Shown: piece by piece, positions 33,436-35,002 of the stretch
How positions within the stretch are numbered: position 1 is the first letter of the stretch
How the letters are laid out: every line of letters begins with the position of its first letter
Assembly (NCBI RefSeq): GCF_001194135.2
Contig: NC_068985.1
Span: forward strand, 68,720,006-68,755,007
DNA: 35,002 bases
Direction of reading: 5' to 3'
Source: Octopus bimaculoides
Taxonomy: Eukaryota
Program-made: the position numbers and the translations under genes
Notes under the pieces: model-generated
Told to the model about the DNA's origin: nothing
Seen by the model: the letters and a program-made list of their open reading frames with translations, nothing else
The model's database searches: none

Positions 33436-34345
33436 TAGGCTTTGCACGGCTTCTAATGCTGGAGATGTATTACAATGTCAAATGTTAACTACAGATGAAC
33501 TAAGTGCTTGCTCTTGGGCAGCACAGATTAGAGCCTCCGTTTCCGGTTTTAAATCACTTTTAACTATCCACAGCCATTATTTTCTTTGTCTGACCATGCA
33601 TTATTTTCTTTACCCACCTATTTTCAGTTTCATTCGTTTTCAATTTCTTTTATAGTGCTTTATCTTTGCAATGATTCATCCTACACAAGCCTAACCTTCT
33701 TACTTCTAATAATAGCGGTTCTGTGTCATTTTTTACATACCATGCTATGTTGTTTTCTTCTGCTGTAAGGCTGTGTTCGCATCCAATACGTTCTCTTCCC
33801 GCACTTTTTGTTGGTACATACAGTCTGTATGTGTCAATTTTTGGGTGGAGTGACCCATATCTAGTTAGCATCTTCCTTGTCTTTCTGTCTAAGTTATTTA
33901 GTTCGTCTACTGTCCATGCGATTACATCTGCTCCATATCTAAGGTGTGAAACCGCCCAGGTGTTGATAGCTTCGATGTTATTCCGTCCGTTTAATTTCGG
34001 CATAAGAATCAGGCTCAGTCTGCGCAAGTACTCCACCTAAAATTTTTCTGTTATTTCTTTCTCCATCAATTTATCCATTTCCAAAATCCCAAAGAACTTA
34101 TAGCCCGACTCTTCTATCTGATTTATAACCTCTCCCGACGGAATCGTTAGCCCGTCTAAACATTTGATTTTGCCTCTCTTCAAGACTAACACACCACACT
34201 TTCTCAGTCCGCAGCACTACAGGTATACACCGTATCAACGAGGGGACTGACTTGGTCTTCATTTTTACCATAAAGTTTGAAGTTATCCATGAATAGAAAA
34301 TGGTTGACTTTTTGTTGGCGGCTTTTAAATACATATTCATAATAG
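33436..34345 (-). mobile_element. R4/Dong-type non-LTR retrotransposon, RT C-terminal half
   Basis: Minus strand: HFLFMDNFKLYGK (34303-34265), KCGVLVLKRGK, YKFFGILE, EYLRR, KLNGRN.IEAINTWAV, LDRKTRKMLT.YG.LHPK, RLYVP, MHGQ, KPETEALICAAQEQAL. Confidence 0.9.
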
Positions 34346-34899
34346 TCTGCTGATTTCTTTGGACGTTTTCTAAATCTGGATGAATGCTGATTACATTACT
34401 TTGAACCGGGAAAAAAGATACAATCCATGCAGTGGAAACACCTATGCTAAGCTGTCCCTAAAATTAGTCGTTCCAAGCATAGAATTTGTTACTTAGAGTT
34501 TCACGTTCCCACTCATCGGAGAGTTTTGGTTGAGAATGGAACAAAAATAAGGTTATACGTATAAATATACAATTACGTTGATAGATACACATTTGAACAT
34601 TGTTTTTTTCATTAATCCTTTCAAGTAACGGGCTTTGCAATAACGAGCTATATGAATCAAACATTACGGTTTAAAATCATATTATTTAAAATCGAAGAAC
34701 ACAATAAATCAAAAATAAAGTTTAGTTGAAGTGAAGAAAACTTGTATATACAGGGTAAATTAATTAATGGTAAAGTACATTAAAATTAATTGAAAAGATA
34801 TGCCCGTTTAAAATGAGAACATTCACAAAGAACCAACATCATAAAAATGCAGATACATTTAGTTATACTGACACATACCAATAAGCCTATGTATACATA

Positions 34900-35002
34900 T
34901 ATATATATACTAAACATACAAACGCTGTTAGATGTCTACATACATTTACATACAAATACAGGTTAAACAAATATATATATATACTAAACATACAAACGCT
35001 GT
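34900..35002. repeat. Direct repeat with 74-bp period, truncated by the window edge
   Basis: CTAAACATACAAACGCTGT at 34910-34928 and 34984-35002, each preceded by (TA)n. Confidence 0.75.

Noticed and set aside
1444-33488. ORF-track entries rich in X, IY/HT/CV dipeptides or poly-I/S/L/V
   Set aside because: Translations of N gaps and microsatellites, not genes.

Overview
AT-rich animal genomic DNA. The dense (TA)n/(CA)n/(TCTA)n microsatellites and the SINE families look like Octopus to me; this is inference from recall, not a database match. Six N-gaps (about 2.7 kb) all abut microsatellites, and the ORF-track entries spanning gaps or simple repeats are artefacts. No complete host gene, rRNA, true tRNA or CRISPR array is supported. 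The window is mostly decayed transposable elements: tRNA-derived SINEs, Penelope-like (PLE) RT/GIY-YIG remnants, a near-full-length RTE LINE (21.1-24.4 kb), an internally deleted Hero-type element, two R4/Dong-type fragments around a TAA/TAG triplet tract, a mariner MITE, a mariner made of two fused 5' ends, and a probable ancient Ty3/Gypsy gag-pro-RT relic. One plausible host coding exon lies at 8590-8724 (+). The most interesting items are the 5'-5' mariner fusion, a degenerate minimal hammerhead core beside a hairpin cluster, the TAA-flanked Dong insertion, a possible ribozyme leader on the RTE, and an inverted SINE pair upstream of the candidate exon. I found no clear new multi-gene system. 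All alignments, folds and counts were done by eye, and element boundaries are approximate unless termini are quoted.
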